Positions 1 through 11,226 are shown, counted from the stretch's first letter. The stretch: 64,000 nucleotides of DNA from an uncultured Bacilli bacterium (GCA_934163035.1 CAKPJX010000005.1:1465-65464), one strand, 5' to 3'. Program-made: numbers and translations. Notes: generated by a model not told the origin, from the sequence alone.

Positions 1-1352
1 TAGACTTTAAAGTAGTATATGCATCTGCTATAAATGGAACTTGTTCTTTAAGTGATAATCTAGAAGATCAAACTCCTGGCTTTACTGAAGTACTTGATAC
101 AATACTAGAAGAGATACCAGCTCCAAAAGGAGACAAAAATGAACCATTACAATTCCAACCAGCTCTATTAGATTACAATGAATTTGTTGGTAGAATAGGT
201 ATTGGAAGAGTACATAATGGAACAATCAAGACAGGTCAAATGGTAACATGCTGTCGTCTAGATGGAAGTACAAAACAATTCCGTATTCAAAAACTATTTG
301 GTTACTATGGCTATCAAAGAGTTGAAATAGAAGAAGCTGAGGCTGGTGATATCGTTGCTATAGCAGGACTTGCCGATATATCTGTAGGAGAGACAGTTTG
401 TAACAATGATAATATCATACCACTACCTCAATTACATATAGATGAACCAACTCTTCAGATGACTTTTGGTACCAACTCATCACCATTTGTTGGAAGAGAT
501 GGCAAGATTGTAACAGCAAGAAAAATAGAAGAAAGACTTATTAAAGAAACTCAAAAAGATGTAAGTCTAAAAGTTAGCCAAGCTACTAATGAATCATTCT
601 TAGTTAGTGGTCGTGGTGAACTACACTTAGGAATTTTAATAGAAAATATGCGCCGTGAAGGTTTCGAACTAGAAGTAAGCAAACCAAGTGTTATTATAAA
701 AGAAATTGATGGTCAAAAATATGAGCCATATGAGGAATTACAAATTGAAGTTCCAGAAGAATCCGTTGGAGCAGTAATTGAACAACTAGGTAACAGGGGA
801 GCTAAAATGGAAAGTATGACTAACTTTGAAAATCAAGTTAGATTGCTATATACAATTCCATCTCGTGGACTAATTGGTTTTTCAACAGAATTCATGACCC
901 TAACAAAAGGTTATGGTATTATAAATCATACATTTAAAGAATATCAGCCATATGAAAATATTACAGTAGGTGAGAGAAAACTAGGTGTTTTAGTTTCTAT
1001 GGAAAATGGTCAATCCACCGCTTATTCAATTGGTAACTTAGAAGATCGTGGTGTAATGTTTATTGAACCAGGTACAGAGGTCTATGAAGGTATGATAATA
1101 GGTGAATGTAATAGAGATAATGACTTAGCTGTAAATGTTGTTAAAGGAAAACAATTAACAAACACTAGAGCAGCAGGATCTGATCATACAGTTGTCTTAA
1201 AGCGCCCCCGCCCAATTACTCTAGAATATGCTCTAGACTATATTAATTCTGATGAATTAGTAGAAGTAACACCACACTTTATTCGTATTAGAAAAAGAAT
1301 TTTAAATACAGAAGAAAGAAAAAAATTTGATGCTCGTAACAAAAATAACTAG
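1..1352 (+). CDS. typA: GTP-binding translational GTPase TypA/BipA, 5' truncated by the window edge (frame continues from nt 3)
   Basis: Open frame runs from nt 3 (DFKVVYASAINGT...) into the listed ORF. Contains GELHLGILIENMRREGFELEVSKP and a C-terminal region typical of TypA/BipA. Confidence 0.9.
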   Translation, partial: DFKVVYASAINGTCSLSDNLEDQTPGFTEVLDTILEEIPAPKGDKNEPLQFQPALLDYNEFVGRIGIGRVHNGTIKTGQMVTCCRLDGSTKQFRIQKLFGYYGYQRVEIEEAEAGDIVAIAGLADISVGETVCNNDNIIPLPQLHIDEPTLQMTFGTNSSPFVGRDGKIVTARKIEERLIKETQKDVSLKVSQATNESFLVSGRGELHLGILIENMRREGFELEVSKPSVIIKEIDGQKYEPYEELQIEVPEESVGAVIEQLGNRGAKMESMTNFENQVRLLYTIPSRGLIGFSTEFMTLTKGYGIINHTFKEYQPYENITVGERKLGVLVSMENGQSTAYSIGNLEDRGVMFIEPGTEVYEGMIIGECNRDNDLAVNVVKGKQLTNTRAAGSDHTVVLKRPRPITLEYALDYINSDELVEVTPHFIRIRKRILNTEERKKFDARNKNN

Positions 1353-1369
1353 AAATAGTTATTTTTTTC

Positions 1370-1398
1370 TTGGCTATTTTTAATACATTTGCTATAAT
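1370..1398 (+). promoter_or_regulatory. Sigma-A type promoter candidate for the 1426 ORF
   Basis: TTGGCT, 17 nt spacer, TATAAT preceded by TGC. Lies about 28 nt upstream of the RBS/ATG. Confidence 0.5.
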
Positions 1399-1425
1399 TA
1401 TCTTAAGAATAGAGGTGGACATATT

Positions 1426-2094
1426 ATGGTAGGACAAAATAATAATCAAGTTAATCAACAATTAACTAAGGAAGAACTTACTAAAACACAAGTCTTAAAC
1501 TTAACAGATCTTGAAAATGTAGCAAAGTATGAGAAAAAAGTTAGTAAAAAACCAGCTCTTATATTAGCTGTTATAGGTATGCTATGTATTTTTTCTGGTT
1601 TCACTTATATGGGAATAGCAAACGTCATGAATAAAAGCCCTGAAACTGGTAAGTCAGCAGTATATAGAAAAGAAGTTCCAGAAGAGAATGACAATACTAT
1701 AACGTGTAATTATAGTCAATTAGGAAATGCTGATGGAACAGACATGGTTGTTAAAATGAAACTTAACTTAGAAGATGGTAAACTACAAAATTATGAAAAA
1801 ACTATGACTGTAATGCCTACTGAAGGTAATGAAGCTGTAGGTATGCCAACAATTCAAGTATTATTACCAGCATATCAAGCCTTTGAACCAATGCTAATAC
1901 CTGGTTATACAATAAAATCATTACCAGAAAAGACTGGATTTAAGACCGAAGTAAAAATAGATTTAACTCAACTTGATGTTACATTATTAACTGCTCATCA
2001 AGCAAATGTTTCAACTAAAGTTGAATTTAGTCTAAATGATACAAAATCAATGATAATGACGAAAGCCTCAACACTTGGATATCTTTGTCAATAA
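1426..2094 (+). CDS. Hypothetical membrane-anchored protein (one TM, extracytoplasmic C-terminal domain)
   Basis: RBS AGAGGTGG before the ATG. Hydrophobic segment PALILAVIGMLCIFSGFTYMGIA. No recognisable family motif. Confidence 0.55.
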   Translation: MVGQNNNQVNQQLTKEELTKTQVLNLTDLENVAKYEKKVSKKPALILAVIGMLCIFSGFTYMGIANVMNKSPETGKSAVYRKEVPEENDNTITCNYSQLGNADGTDMVVKMKLNLEDGKLQNYEKTMTVMPTEGNEAVGMPTIQVLLPAYQAFEPMLIPGYTIKSLPEKTGFKTEVKIDLTQLDVTLLTAHQANVSTKVEFSLNDTKSMIMTKASTLGYLCQ

Positions 2095-2103
2095 ATAAAA
2101 ATA

Positions 2104-2133
2104 AGCATCAACAATAAAAGTTGATGCTTTTAT
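2104..2133. terminator. Bidirectional rho-independent terminator between convergent genes
   Basis: Hairpin AGCATCAAC / GTTGATGCT with a 7-nt loop, followed by a T run on + and an A run on the other side. Confidence 0.6.
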
Positions 2134-2157
2134 ATATAAAATAAAAACTGCATCCAA

Positions 2158-2337
2158 TTATGCAGCTTTTTGATTCTTTAATGCAGTTCTCTTTTCTCTA
2201 GTAGACATTCTAACTTTACTACCGTCATCTAATCTAACAACTTGTAAATTTAGATTTTGTCTAGCCTTGCTAGCATTTCTAGCATGAGATCTATTATTTT
2301 TAACATTACCGACTCTATTTGATACATTAACTGCCAT
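2158..2337 (-). CDS. rpmB: 50S ribosomal protein L28
   Basis: NNRSHARNASKARQNLNLQVVRL resembles the L28 core. Start moved to the internal ATG at 2337, which follows GGAGGAG. The ORF-track start at 2385 lacks an RBS. Confidence 0.85.
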   Translation of the reverse strand: MAVNVSNRVGNVKNNRSHARNASKARQNLNLQVVRLDDGSKVRMSTREKRTALKNQKAA

Positions 2338-2554
2338 GTTAACTCCTCCTTCGTCCTTTTTCTTTCTGCTTAATAACTTTAACATAAAAAAAATAGAAAG
2401 TCAAACAAAACCATAAGTTTTGTAAGTACTTTAATAGAATTATTAAAAAATAATTGTATTATATTAATAAATAGCCCCAATATTAATAAAATAGTCACTT
2501 TTATTTTTAGTTGACAATTTTTATGATAAAATAACATTAGAGGAGGTATTATTC

Positions 2555-5512
2555 ATGTATATTCCATTATTTAATAAAACAAATTATACACTTTTATCTA
2601 GCCTTTTAAAGATAGACGATTTAATTAACTATGCTAAAAAAAATAATATCTCAAGTATATCCATAACTGATACTAATATGTATGGCACTATGGAATTTAT
2701 CAAAAAATGTAAATCTGAAAATATAAAGCCAATAATAGGGCTTCATGCATTATTAGATTCATTTTCTATAGTATTATATGCTAAAAACTACAATGGTTAT
2801 AAAAGTTTAATAAAATTATCGACTATTCAAAATGAACGACAATTAACTATAAATGATTTAAAAGATAATAATTGTGACTTAATAGGAATAGTACCTTATG
2901 AGTTTTTAAGTAGTTATGATGAATTACTAACTATATATAAAGACATCTATATAGGATATAAAAATAAAAAAGAACAAAGTGAGGCTTTATCAAAAACAAA
3001 AAATATAGTTTTCTTTAGAGAAACATTATATATAAATAAAAATGATTCTAAAATCCTACCTTATTTATATAGAATAAGAGATGGTAAAACAATAAGTGAT
3101 GATATTATATATGATGTAGAAGGTCATGAATTAGTAATAGAAAATATAAATGATTTAACTGATAATGATGGCTTAGTAAATACTGAGAAAGTAGTAGCCT
3201 TATGTAATTTAGAATTTCCAAAACCAGAAAATCTACTTCCAATATATGAATGTGAAAATCCCCCTAAGTACTTATTTGAACTATGTAAAGCTGGCCTATC
3301 CAAGAGATTAAATGGAAAAATACCAGATACCTATAAAAATCGCTTAAGTTATGAATTAAAAACTATAAATGATATGGGCTTTGTAAATTATTTCCTAGTA
3401 GTATATGACTTTATAAAATATGCCAAGAAAGAAAAAATACTAGTTGGGCCTGGTAGGGGAAGTGCCGCTGGCTCCTTAGTAGCTTATTCTCTAGGTATAA
3501 CTGATATAGATCCTATTAAATATGATCTCTTATTTGAAAGATTTTTAAACCCTGAACGAAAAACTATGCCTGATATAGATACTGACTTTCCAGATAATAA
3601 AAGAGATCAAGTAATTAACTATGTTATTAATAAGTATGGCAAAAATAGGGTATGCGGAATAGTTACATTTGGAACTATGAGTGCCAAACAAGTAATTAGA
3701 GATGTATCAAGAGTTTTAAATATTCCCATATATAAAGTTGATGGCTTATGTAAATTTATTCCAGGTTTTACTAAAGACAAGCTTCAAGACTTTTATAAGA
3801 AAAATGAATCATTCAGAGTAAGGATTGATAGTGATATAACTCTAACTAAAATGTTTAATATTGCGACTAAACTAGAAGGATTTCCTAGACACACATCATC
3901 CCATGCAGCAGGAATAGTTATGTGTAAAGTTGATCTAGATGAAGTTATTCCATTAACTGTAGGTGATGATATATATTTATCAAGTTATACTATGGAATAT
4001 CTTGAAGATTTAGGTTTACTAAAAATGGACTTTTTAGGACTAAAAAATCTAACCATCATTGATAATATTTTAAATGATATAAATGATCAAACAGGAGAAA
4101 ATATTGAGTTTTCTAAAATACCATTAGATGATAAAGAAACTCTAGAAATTTTTAAGACAGCTAATACTAGCGGTATCTTTCAATTTGAATCTAGTGGCAT
4201 GAGAAATTTTCTTCGTCGCTTAAAACCATCAACATTTGAAGATATATTTGCTGCTATAGCACTTTTTAGACCAGGTCCAGCTATAAATATAGATAGTTAC
4301 ATAAAAAGAAAAAATGGTGAAGAAAAAGTAACATACCTAGATCCGACATTAGAACCAATTCTAAGAAATACTTATGGTATCTTAATTTATCAAGAACAAA
4401 TAATTCAACTTGCTAATATATATGCAAACTACTCATTAGGAGAAGCAGATATTCTAAGAAGAGCCATGAGTAAGAAAAAACTAGAATTACTAAAAAGTGA
4501 AGAAGAAAAGTTTATTACTAAAAGTATAAACAATCATCATACAAGAGAATCAGCTAAACATATTTTTGACCAAGTGTTGAGTTTTGCTGGATATGGATTT
4601 AACAGATCTCACTCAGTTGCTTACTCCATTATTGCCTATAAAATGGCTTATTTAAAAGCTCATTATAAAACAATCTTCTTTGCCAATTTATTGACCAATG
4701 CAATAGGTAGTGAAACAAAGACCTACGAATATATAATAGAAGCTAGATCAAATAAAATAGAAATAGAAAAGCCAACTATCAATGAGAGCGATACTAGATA
4801 TATAGTTAAAGATAATAAAATAATTTATCCACTATCAAATATAAAATCAATTGGAGCAGCAATCTGTCAAACTATAAAAAAAGCTAAAGAAGGTGGCTCC
4901 TTCACAGATATTTATGATTGCTTTAGTAGACTATATATTGCTGGAGTAGGTAAAAAATCAATAGAAACACTTATTCTAGCAAATGTTTTTAGAGAATTTA
5001 ATTACAATAGAAAAACCCTAATATATAATCTTGATAATTTATTTAACTATGCCTTTTTAACAAAAGATATAGATCCATCACTAGTTATAAAACCAGACAT
5101 AGAGTATCAAGAAGAATATAAAACTAATTACATTTTAGAAAAAGAAAAAGAAGTATTTGGCTTTTATCTATCAGCGCATCCAACAACTATCTATATAAAA
5201 GAAAACCCTTATTGTATAAAACTAAATGAAGTTGAAAAATATTTTTCAAAGAAAGTAGATACTCTAATTCTTATTGATAAAATGAAAATAATTAATACCA
5301 AGAAAAATGATAAAATGGCTTTTGTTACTGGTAGTGATGAAACATCTACCATGGAATATGTTCTATTCCCAAGAGTATATAATGAAAATGTAGATATAAG
5401 ATCAGGAGATGTTATTAAAGTAAGAGGAACTGTGGAAAGAAGACAGAATGAATATCAAATAGTAGTCGAAAAAATAAAGAAGTTGTCAGGAGAAGAATAT
5501 GAAGAAGAATAA
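2555..5512 (+). CDS. dnaE: DNA polymerase III alpha subunit, DnaE type
   Basis: N-terminal PHP domain, GPGRGSAAGSLVAYSLGITDIDP, PDIDTDF, HAAG, FRPGP and a C-terminal OB-like region. RBS GAGGAGG. Confidence 0.9.
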   Translation: MYIPLFNKTNYTLLSSLLKIDDLINYAKKNNISSISITDTNMYGTMEFIKKCKSENIKPIIGLHALLDSFSIVLYAKNYNGYKSLIKLSTIQNERQLTINDLKDNNCDLIGIVPYEFLSSYDELLTIYKDIYIGYKNKKEQSEALSKTKNIVFFRETLYINKNDSKILPYLYRIRDGKTISDDIIYDVEGHELVIENINDLTDNDGLVNTEKVVALCNLEFPKPENLLPIYECENPPKYLFELCKAGLSKRLNGKIPDTYKNRLSYELKTINDMGFVNYFLVVYDFIKYAKKEKILVGPGRGSAAGSLVAYSLGITDIDPIKYDLLFERFLNPERKTMPDIDTDFPDNKRDQVINYVINKYGKNRVCGIVTFGTMSAKQVIRDVSRVLNIPIYKVDGLCKFIPGFTKDKLQDFYKKNESFRVRIDSDITLTKMFNIATKLEGFPRHTSSHAAGIVMCKVDLDEVIPLTVGDDIYLSSYTMEYLEDLGLLKMDFLGLKNLTIIDNILNDINDQTGENIEFSKIPLDDKETLEIFKTANTSGIFQFESSGMRNFLRRLKPSTFEDIFAAIALFRPGPAINIDSYIKRKNGEEKVTYLDPTLEPILRNTYGILIYQEQIIQLANIYANYSLGEADILRRAMSKKKLELLKSEEEKFITKSINNHHTRESAKHIFDQVLSFAGYGFNRSHSVAYSIIAYKMAYLKAHYKTIFFANLLTNAIGSETKTYEYIIEARSNKIEIEKPTINESDTRYIVKDNKIIYPLSNIKSIGAAICQTIKKAKEGGSFTDIYDCFSRLYIAGVGKKSIETLILANVFREFNYNRKTLIYNLDNLFNYAFLTKDIDPSLVIKPDIEYQEEYKTNYILEKEKEVFGFYLSAHPTTIYIKENPYCIKLNEVEKYFSKKVDTLILIDKMKIINTKKNDKMAFVTGSDETSTMEYVLFPRVYNENVDIRSGDVIKVRGTVERRQNEYQIVVEKIKKLSGEEYEEE

Positions 5513-5993
5513 AGAGCAGGCATATAAAGTAACTTGTATAATTTTAATTATTGATCAAATATTAAAAAATATTGTAAAAACAAAGATGTCACTAAATCAA
5601 GAAATAGTATTAATAAAGAACTTTTTCTCTATCAATTACTTAAAAAATACAGGCGCGGCATTTTCTATTTTGACTAATCAAACTCTTATTTTAATAATAA
5701 TAAGTTTCATAATAATTTTTGTTTTAGATAGGTTTCTCACAAAAGAAAAGAATTTAAATAATCTTTCAGTAATATCAATCGGCTTAATCCTAGGAGGAAT
5801 TTTTGGTAACTTACTTGATAGAATACTTTATAAGGGTGTTATAGATTATCTATCTTTTAGAATCTTTTCATATAACTTTCCTGTCTTTAACTTTGCTGAT
5901 ATGGCTATAACGATAGGAACATTTTTACTACTATTTAACATGGTTAAAGAAGATATACAGAATAAAAAACTTGACAAGAAAGGTGTTAAGTAG
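5499..5993 (+). CDS. lspA: Lipoprotein signal peptidase (signal peptidase II)
   Basis: NTGAAFS, GNLLDR and FNFADMAI motifs with four hydrophobic segments. Overlaps the dnaE stop by 14 nt. Confidence 0.85.
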   Translation: MKKNKEQAYKVTCIILIIDQILKNIVKTKMSLNQEIVLIKNFFSINYLKNTGAAFSILTNQTLILIIISFIIIFVLDRFLTKEKNLNNLSVISIGLILGGIFGNLLDRILYKGVIDYLSFRIFSYNFPVFNFADMAITIGTFLLLFNMVKEDIQNKKLDKKGVK

Positions 5994-6173
5994 TAGTATA
6001 CAAACAATATAAATTAATTTGTATAAAAAGCTGTATTTTGTACAATTCACGGAAAAAAACATATCATTTCGCGTAAAAATACACTTTTTTATAAATATTC
6101 TGCTAGAATAACAACTATTGCTTTTTAGTTGAGCATTGTTAATGAACTCAACAATTAATTAGGAGGTATTATT

Positions 6174-7970
6174 ATGTCTAATGAAATTAAAACTAAAAAG
6201 GGATTACCAAGTGTAGAACAGCCATGGTTAAAATACTATGATGGTGAATTTAAAAAAGAAGATATTCCAGATATGTCAATATATCAATTTGCAAAAAAGT
6301 ATATCAAAGGAAAAGAAAATCAAACAGCTCTTGATGTAAGAATGGGAAAGAATGATTTTAAAAGAGGTATAAAGACACCTTATAAAACATTATTTGACAG
6401 AATAGAGACAAGCGCCAAATCATCTAAATTAATAGATATTAAAACAGATGAAATAGTGCCAATCATATTACCAAATATTCCAGAAGCAAGAGTTATGATG
6501 TATTCTAATAGTATATTAGGTGCGACATCATACCCAATGTCACCCTTTATAGCACCTAATCAATTAGATTCAATCATAAGAGAAAATGAAATTAAAAATT
6601 TGGTAATATTTACACCATTCTATGAAAGATATAAGAATGTTTTAGAAAATGCTAATCTTTCAAGTATAATTACAGTTGATGGCACTGAGTCACTTCCATT
6701 TATCTTAAGGAAATTAGCAAAAAGACAAGTTCCAAAGGTAACTGGTGAAAATATAATACCATGGGAAGAATATATGTCATTTTCAAAATCATTACTATCT
6801 TCACCTGAACCATATTATAGAGATGGTCATATAGCTACCATAATAGGAACTAGTGGTACAACAGGTACACCTAAAGGCGTAATGCTAACCGATAAAAACG
6901 TAAATGCTGTAGCAGTTACATACATAAATAGCAAAATACTTGAAGGAACATTTTGTGATGCACTAATTCCATCAATTTCATATGGTTTATCAATGATGCA
7001 TTATGAAACTGCTAAAGGTAATAAAACATATTTAATACCAGAATTGGTATCTGATAATATTGATAAATTATTCATGGCCTTAAAACCAGACAGTTTTGCT
7101 GGTGGACCAATACATGCAATAAATCTAGCTAGGAGTAAGAATTACCAAGAAGGTAAGGTTCCACATGTAAAAGAGTTTGCAAGTGGTGGAGCAACATTAC
7201 CAAAAGAGGTAGAAAAAGAATTAAATGGTGTATCAGAAGGTTATTCTGAAAATGGCGTATACAATCCAAGAATAGTTGTTAGACCAGGATATGGATTAAC
7301 TGAAAATGTAGCCTTAGGTAGCTATAACAAACCAGGAGCATATAGTTTTGGCAGTATAGGTATTCCTTTTCCATATGAAAATGTAGGAATATTTAAACCT
7401 GGTACTGATGAAGAATTGACATATAATGAACTTGGTGAAATATGTATAAGCGGTCCATGTGTTATGGCAGGATACTTAAATAATGAGGAAGAAACTAATG
7501 AAGTAATAAAATATCATGCTGATGGAGAAAGATGGATTCATACAAAGGATATAGGTTATATGACTCCAGATGGACATCTATACCATGTTGATAGAATAAA
7601 AAATATATTTATGAGGAGTGGATTCAATGTCCATCCATCTAAAATAACTGAGTTTATAGATTGCCTACCAGATGTTAAAGAAAGTATTGTAGTAGGTGTA
7701 GAACATCCAGATGAGCAATGTGTTCCAGTAGCTTTCATTGTTCCAGAAAATAATGGAAAGTCAATCGAAGAAATAGAAGAAAATGTAAAAAAAGAATGTT
7801 CTGAATCTTTAGAAGCATGTTCAGTACCATATGATTACGTATTTGTAGATCAAATACCAATTAACTTAGGCGGTAAAATAGATAAAAACAAAATACTACA
7901 AAAGGCTAATATAGATTTTACGAAAAACTCAAGAGTTCCAAATAAAAGCATAAATTTCAAACAAGAGTGA
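6174..7970 (+). CDS. AMP-dependent synthetase/ligase (acyl-CoA synthetase family)
   Basis: AMP-binding signature TSGTTGTPKGV, then GYGLTE and a C-terminal GGKIDK. RBS AGGAGG. Confidence 0.75.
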   Translation: MSNEIKTKKGLPSVEQPWLKYYDGEFKKEDIPDMSIYQFAKKYIKGKENQTALDVRMGKNDFKRGIKTPYKTLFDRIETSAKSSKLIDIKTDEIVPIILPNIPEARVMMYSNSILGATSYPMSPFIAPNQLDSIIRENEIKNLVIFTPFYERYKNVLENANLSSIITVDGTESLPFILRKLAKRQVPKVTGENIIPWEEYMSFSKSLLSSPEPYYRDGHIATIIGTSGTTGTPKGVMLTDKNVNAVAVTYINSKILEGTFCDALIPSISYGLSMMHYETAKGNKTYLIPELVSDNIDKLFMALKPDSFAGGPIHAINLARSKNYQEGKVPHVKEFASGGATLPKEVEKELNGVSEGYSENGVYNPRIVVRPGYGLTENVALGSYNKPGAYSFGSIGIPFPYENVGIFKPGTDEELTYNELGEICISGPCVMAGYLNNEEETNEVIKYHADGERWIHTKDIGYMTPDGHLYHVDRIKNIFMRSGFNVHPSKITEFIDCLPDVKESIVVGVEHPDEQCVPVAFIVPENNGKSIEEIEENVKKECSESLEACSVPYDYVFVDQIPINLGGKIDKNKILQKANIDFTKNSRVPNKSINFKQE

Positions 7971-7990
7971 TATATCAACTCTTGTTTTTA
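7961..7990 (+). terminator. Rho-independent terminator
   Basis: ACAAGAGT / ACTCTTGT hairpin overlapping the stop codon, followed by TTTTTA. Confidence 0.6.
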
Positions 7991-8052
7991 CTATAGAAAA
8001 TAACCATCTTTACTACTAAGAAAAATAATGATAAAATAAAAATAAATAAAGG

Positions 8053-10302
8053 TTGGTGAAAGTTGTGATTAATGTAGTTTTTTCCTCATGTTGTCTAATT
8101 TTCTTATCAATAGTAGCTGTTGTTTATTTTTCAAAAAAAAGAATGGAAAATGTAGACAATAAAATATTTACCGTTATGATTATAGTTAATTTAATAGGTA
8201 TACTAATAGATATGATTGGATATATTTCATTTGCAAAACTTTCTCACACCACTTTAATAAATAGATGTATTGCTAAAGTATATGTAATATATTTTTTAAC
8301 TTACGTATTTTGCCTATTTTTATACATATATAATCTTACTTTTAAAAATATTGCAAAAAATGTCAAAAAAATGATATCTGCTTTGTTGGTTGCATTATTA
8401 ATAATTTTCTTATTGCCGTTAAACGTTCACATTGAAGCAAAGCGAGCATTTTCTGAGGGACCATGTGCCAACTTTGCATACGCCGTAGGAATTATTCTTC
8501 TGATTTTAATGATTATCTTCTTATTTATTGGCAGGAAAAAGCTTAAATCATACATCCCCCTATTGGTATTTGTTGGTTCAACCTTATTGACAGCTATAAT
8601 TCAAAAAATATCTCCAGAACTAACTCTAATGCTGTTATCAAATACCATAGTAACATTTATAATGTACTTTACAATTGAAAATCCAGATATGAAAATGATA
8701 GAACAATTAGAATTAGCCAAGGAACAAGCAGATAAGGCCAATCGCGCTAAAACAGAATTTTTATCCAGTATGTCCCATGAAATTAGAACACCACTTAATG
8801 CTATTGTAGGTTTTAGTGATTTTATTTTAAATGCGGAAAGCCTAGATGAAGCTAAAGAAAATGCTAAGGATATTATAAATGCTTCTAACACTTTGCTTGA
8901 AATAGTTAATGGCATCTTAGATATATCAAAAATAGAATCTGGTAAACTAGAAATAATTAACTCCAAGTATAAAGCCTATGATACCTTTGAGAGCCTTGCT
9001 AAATTAATAATGCCAAAGATGCAAGAAAAGGGACTAGATTTTACTTACTATATAGCCAAAGACCTTCCGGATACTTTATATGGAGACCATGCCAATATTA
9101 AAAAAGTCGTTACTAATTTATTGAGTAATGCTGCTAAATATACAGAAAAAGGATTTGTCAGATATGAAGTAAACTGCGTAAATGATAAATATTCTACAAA
9201 ACTAATTATCTCAGTAGAAGATTCTGGAAGAGGAATAAAAAAAGATAACATAGACAAACTATTTAATAAATTTGAGCGCCTAGATGAAGATAGAAATACA
9301 ACAATAGAAGGAACCGGACTAGGTCTTGCTATTACGAAGCAGCTAGTGGAATTAATGAATGGAAAAATTGTAGTACATACAATCTATGGGAAAGGCTCAA
9401 AATTTACAATTATTTTAAATCAGGAAATAACCGAAAGTATAAAAGAAGAAAAAACATCAATTCAAAAGATTGACAATCTAGCTCTAAAAAGTCTAAAAAT
9501 ATTAATCGTAGATGATAATACCCTAAATCTAAAGGTTACAAAAAAGATATTAAATAGATTAGGCATTAACAATGTTGATTGTACAGAAAGTGGCTTTGCA
9601 TGTGTTGAAAAAATAGAATCAGGTAATAAATACGATTTAATATTACTTGATGATATGATGCCAAAAATGAATGGCAGTGAAACCTTATCTAAATTAAAAA
9701 AAATACCAGGATTTAACTCTATTGTCATAGCCCTAACAGCTAATGCTTTAACTGGAATGCGAGAAAAATATTTAAATAATGGCTTCAATGGATATTTATC
9801 AAAGCCAATTGATAAAGAAGCTCTAATTAAAGAGTTGAAGAAAACACTTATAGAATCAAATTATATTTTTACTGATACTAAAGAGTCCATAAATGACAAA
9901 GAAGAAGTAGAAGAACTTGTTGTTGATGAAAAAAGTAATGACTATGATCTTTCATATTTAAAAAAGAATAACATTGATATTGATAGATCTATAGAGTTGT
10001 TAGGAGATGTTGAAACATATAATGAGACATTAAAAGATTTTATGAGTAAACTTCAAGAACGTTTTGAAAAACTGCAGGAATATATAAAAGAATCAGACAT
10101 GCCTGATTATGCTATATCTGTTCATGGGTTAAAAAGTGACTGTAAATACTTAGGTTTTACAACATTTGCTAATATTGCTTATGAACATGAAATAAAAAGT
10201 AAAGAGAATGATTTAAATTTCGTAACTAATCACTTTCAAGAACTAGTAACAGAAAAAGATAAAATTTCAACTATTGCAGAACAATACTTGTCAAAAATAT
10301 AA
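8053..10302 (+). CDS. Hybrid sensor histidine kinase (polytopic sensor, HisKA, HATPase, receiver, HPt)
   Basis: H-box SHEIRTPLNAI, N-box NLLSNAAKYT, G1 DSGRGI, G2 GTGLGLAI, receiver ILIVDDN...LILLDDMMPKMNG, HPt HGLKSDCKYLG. Confidence 0.85.
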   Translation: MVKVVINVVFSSCCLIFLSIVAVVYFSKKRMENVDNKIFTVMIIVNLIGILIDMIGYISFAKLSHTTLINRCIAKVYVIYFLTYVFCLFLYIYNLTFKNIAKNVKKMISALLVALLIIFLLPLNVHIEAKRAFSEGPCANFAYAVGIILLILMIIFLFIGRKKLKSYIPLLVFVGSTLLTAIIQKISPELTLMLLSNTIVTFIMYFTIENPDMKMIEQLELAKEQADKANRAKTEFLSSMSHEIRTPLNAIVGFSDFILNAESLDEAKENAKDIINASNTLLEIVNGILDISKIESGKLEIINSKYKAYDTFESLAKLIMPKMQEKGLDFTYYIAKDLPDTLYGDHANIKKVVTNLLSNAAKYTEKGFVRYEVNCVNDKYSTKLIISVEDSGRGIKKDNIDKLFNKFERLDEDRNTTIEGTGLGLAITKQLVELMNGKIVVHTIYGKGSKFTIILNQEITESIKEEKTSIQKIDNLALKSLKILIVDDNTLNLKVTKKILNRLGINNVDCTESGFACVEKIESGNKYDLILLDDMMPKMNGSETLSKLKKIPGFNSIVIALTANALTGMREKYLNNGFNGYLSKPIDKEALIKELKKTLIESNYIFTDTKESINDKEEVEELVVDEKSNDYDLSYLKKNNIDIDRSIELLGDVETYNETLKDFMSKLQERFEKLQEYIKESDMPDYAISVHGLKSDCKYLGFTTFANIAYEHEIKSKENDLNFVTNHFQELVTEKDKISTIAEQYLSKI

Positions 10303-10322
10303 ATTTAATTAAGGGGGAAATT

Positions 10323-11207
10323 ATGATTATATCTGATAGCTCAAATATTAGAATAGATACTTATCTAGCTGACTACTTATCATTATCAAGAAGTAAAGTG
10401 CAAAGATTAATAAAAAATAAGTTAGTTACAGTGAATGGAAAAATTGTTAGTGCTAATTATATAGTTAAAGAAGAAGATGAAATATTAGTAAATGATGATC
10501 TAAATTATGAAATAAATATTGAACCAGAAAATATTCCTTTAGATATAGTTTATGAAGATGATGATTTATTAGTTATAAATAAGGAAAGTGGTATGGTAGT
10601 ACATCCAGCTCCAGGTCATTATGAAAAAACTCTTGTTAATGCCTTACTATATAGATTTGATTTACAAGGTGGTGAAAAAACAAGGCCTGGAATTGTTCAT
10701 AGATTAGATAAGGATACTTCAGGCTTAATGTTAGTTGCTAAAAATGAATTTACTCATGAAAAACTATCCAAAATGATAGGAAATAAAGAAGTAGAAAGAC
10801 ATTACCTAGCTATTGTTGATGGTGTTATAAAAAACACATCAGGTACAATTGATGCCCCTATAGGTAGAGATCAAAATAATAGACAAAAAATGTCAGTAAC
10901 AGATATAAACTCTAAAAATGCTATTACTCATTTTAATGTCCTTGAAAGATTTAAAAACAATACTTTAATTGAATGTATTTTAGAAACTGGTAGAACTCAT
11001 CAAATAAGGGTGCATTTAGCATACATTGGTTATCCAGTAACAAATGATCCACTATATAATAAGAAAAAATCAACTGATTTTGGTCAAATGCTACATTCTA
11101 AAAGTATAAAATTTAAGCATCCACGTACCAATAAAGAATTATATTTTGAACAAGAACCACCAAAAGAATTTCAAAGTAAGCTAAGTGAATTAAGAGAAGC
11201 AGACTAA
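10323..11207 (+). CDS. rluD: RluA-family 23S rRNA pseudouridine synthase (RluD-like) with S4 domain
   Basis: HRLDKDTSGLMLVAK and GRTHQIRVH motifs. N-terminal S4-like RIDTYL...SRSKVQRLI. Confidence 0.85.
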   Translation: MIISDSSNIRIDTYLADYLSLSRSKVQRLIKNKLVTVNGKIVSANYIVKEEDEILVNDDLNYEINIEPENIPLDIVYEDDDLLVINKESGMVVHPAPGHYEKTLVNALLYRFDLQGGEKTRPGIVHRLDKDTSGLMLVAKNEFTHEKLSKMIGNKEVERHYLAIVDGVIKNTSGTIDAPIGRDQNNRQKMSVTDINSKNAITHFNVLERFKNNTLIECILETGRTHQIRVHLAYIGYPVTNDPLYNKKKSTDFGQMLHSKSIKFKHPRTNKELYFEQEPPKEFQSKLSELREAD

Positions 11208-11226
11208 AATCTAGCTTCTTTTTTGT
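11194..11226 (+). terminator. Rho-independent terminator after rluD
   Basis: GAGAAGC / GCTTCTT hairpin overlapping the stop, followed by a T run. Confidence 0.5.

Noticed and set aside
5994-6173. Inverted repeats upstream of the acyl-CoA synthetase gene, considered as a riboswitch or operator: TATACAAA...TTTGTATA at 5997-6025, and AGTTGAG...CTCAAC at 6127-6152 just before the RBS.
   Set aside because: The region is too short and too simple for a known riboswitch class, and I recognise no conserved motif. They may be a weak lspA terminator and a translational hairpin, or a repressor site, but the sequence alone gives no support.
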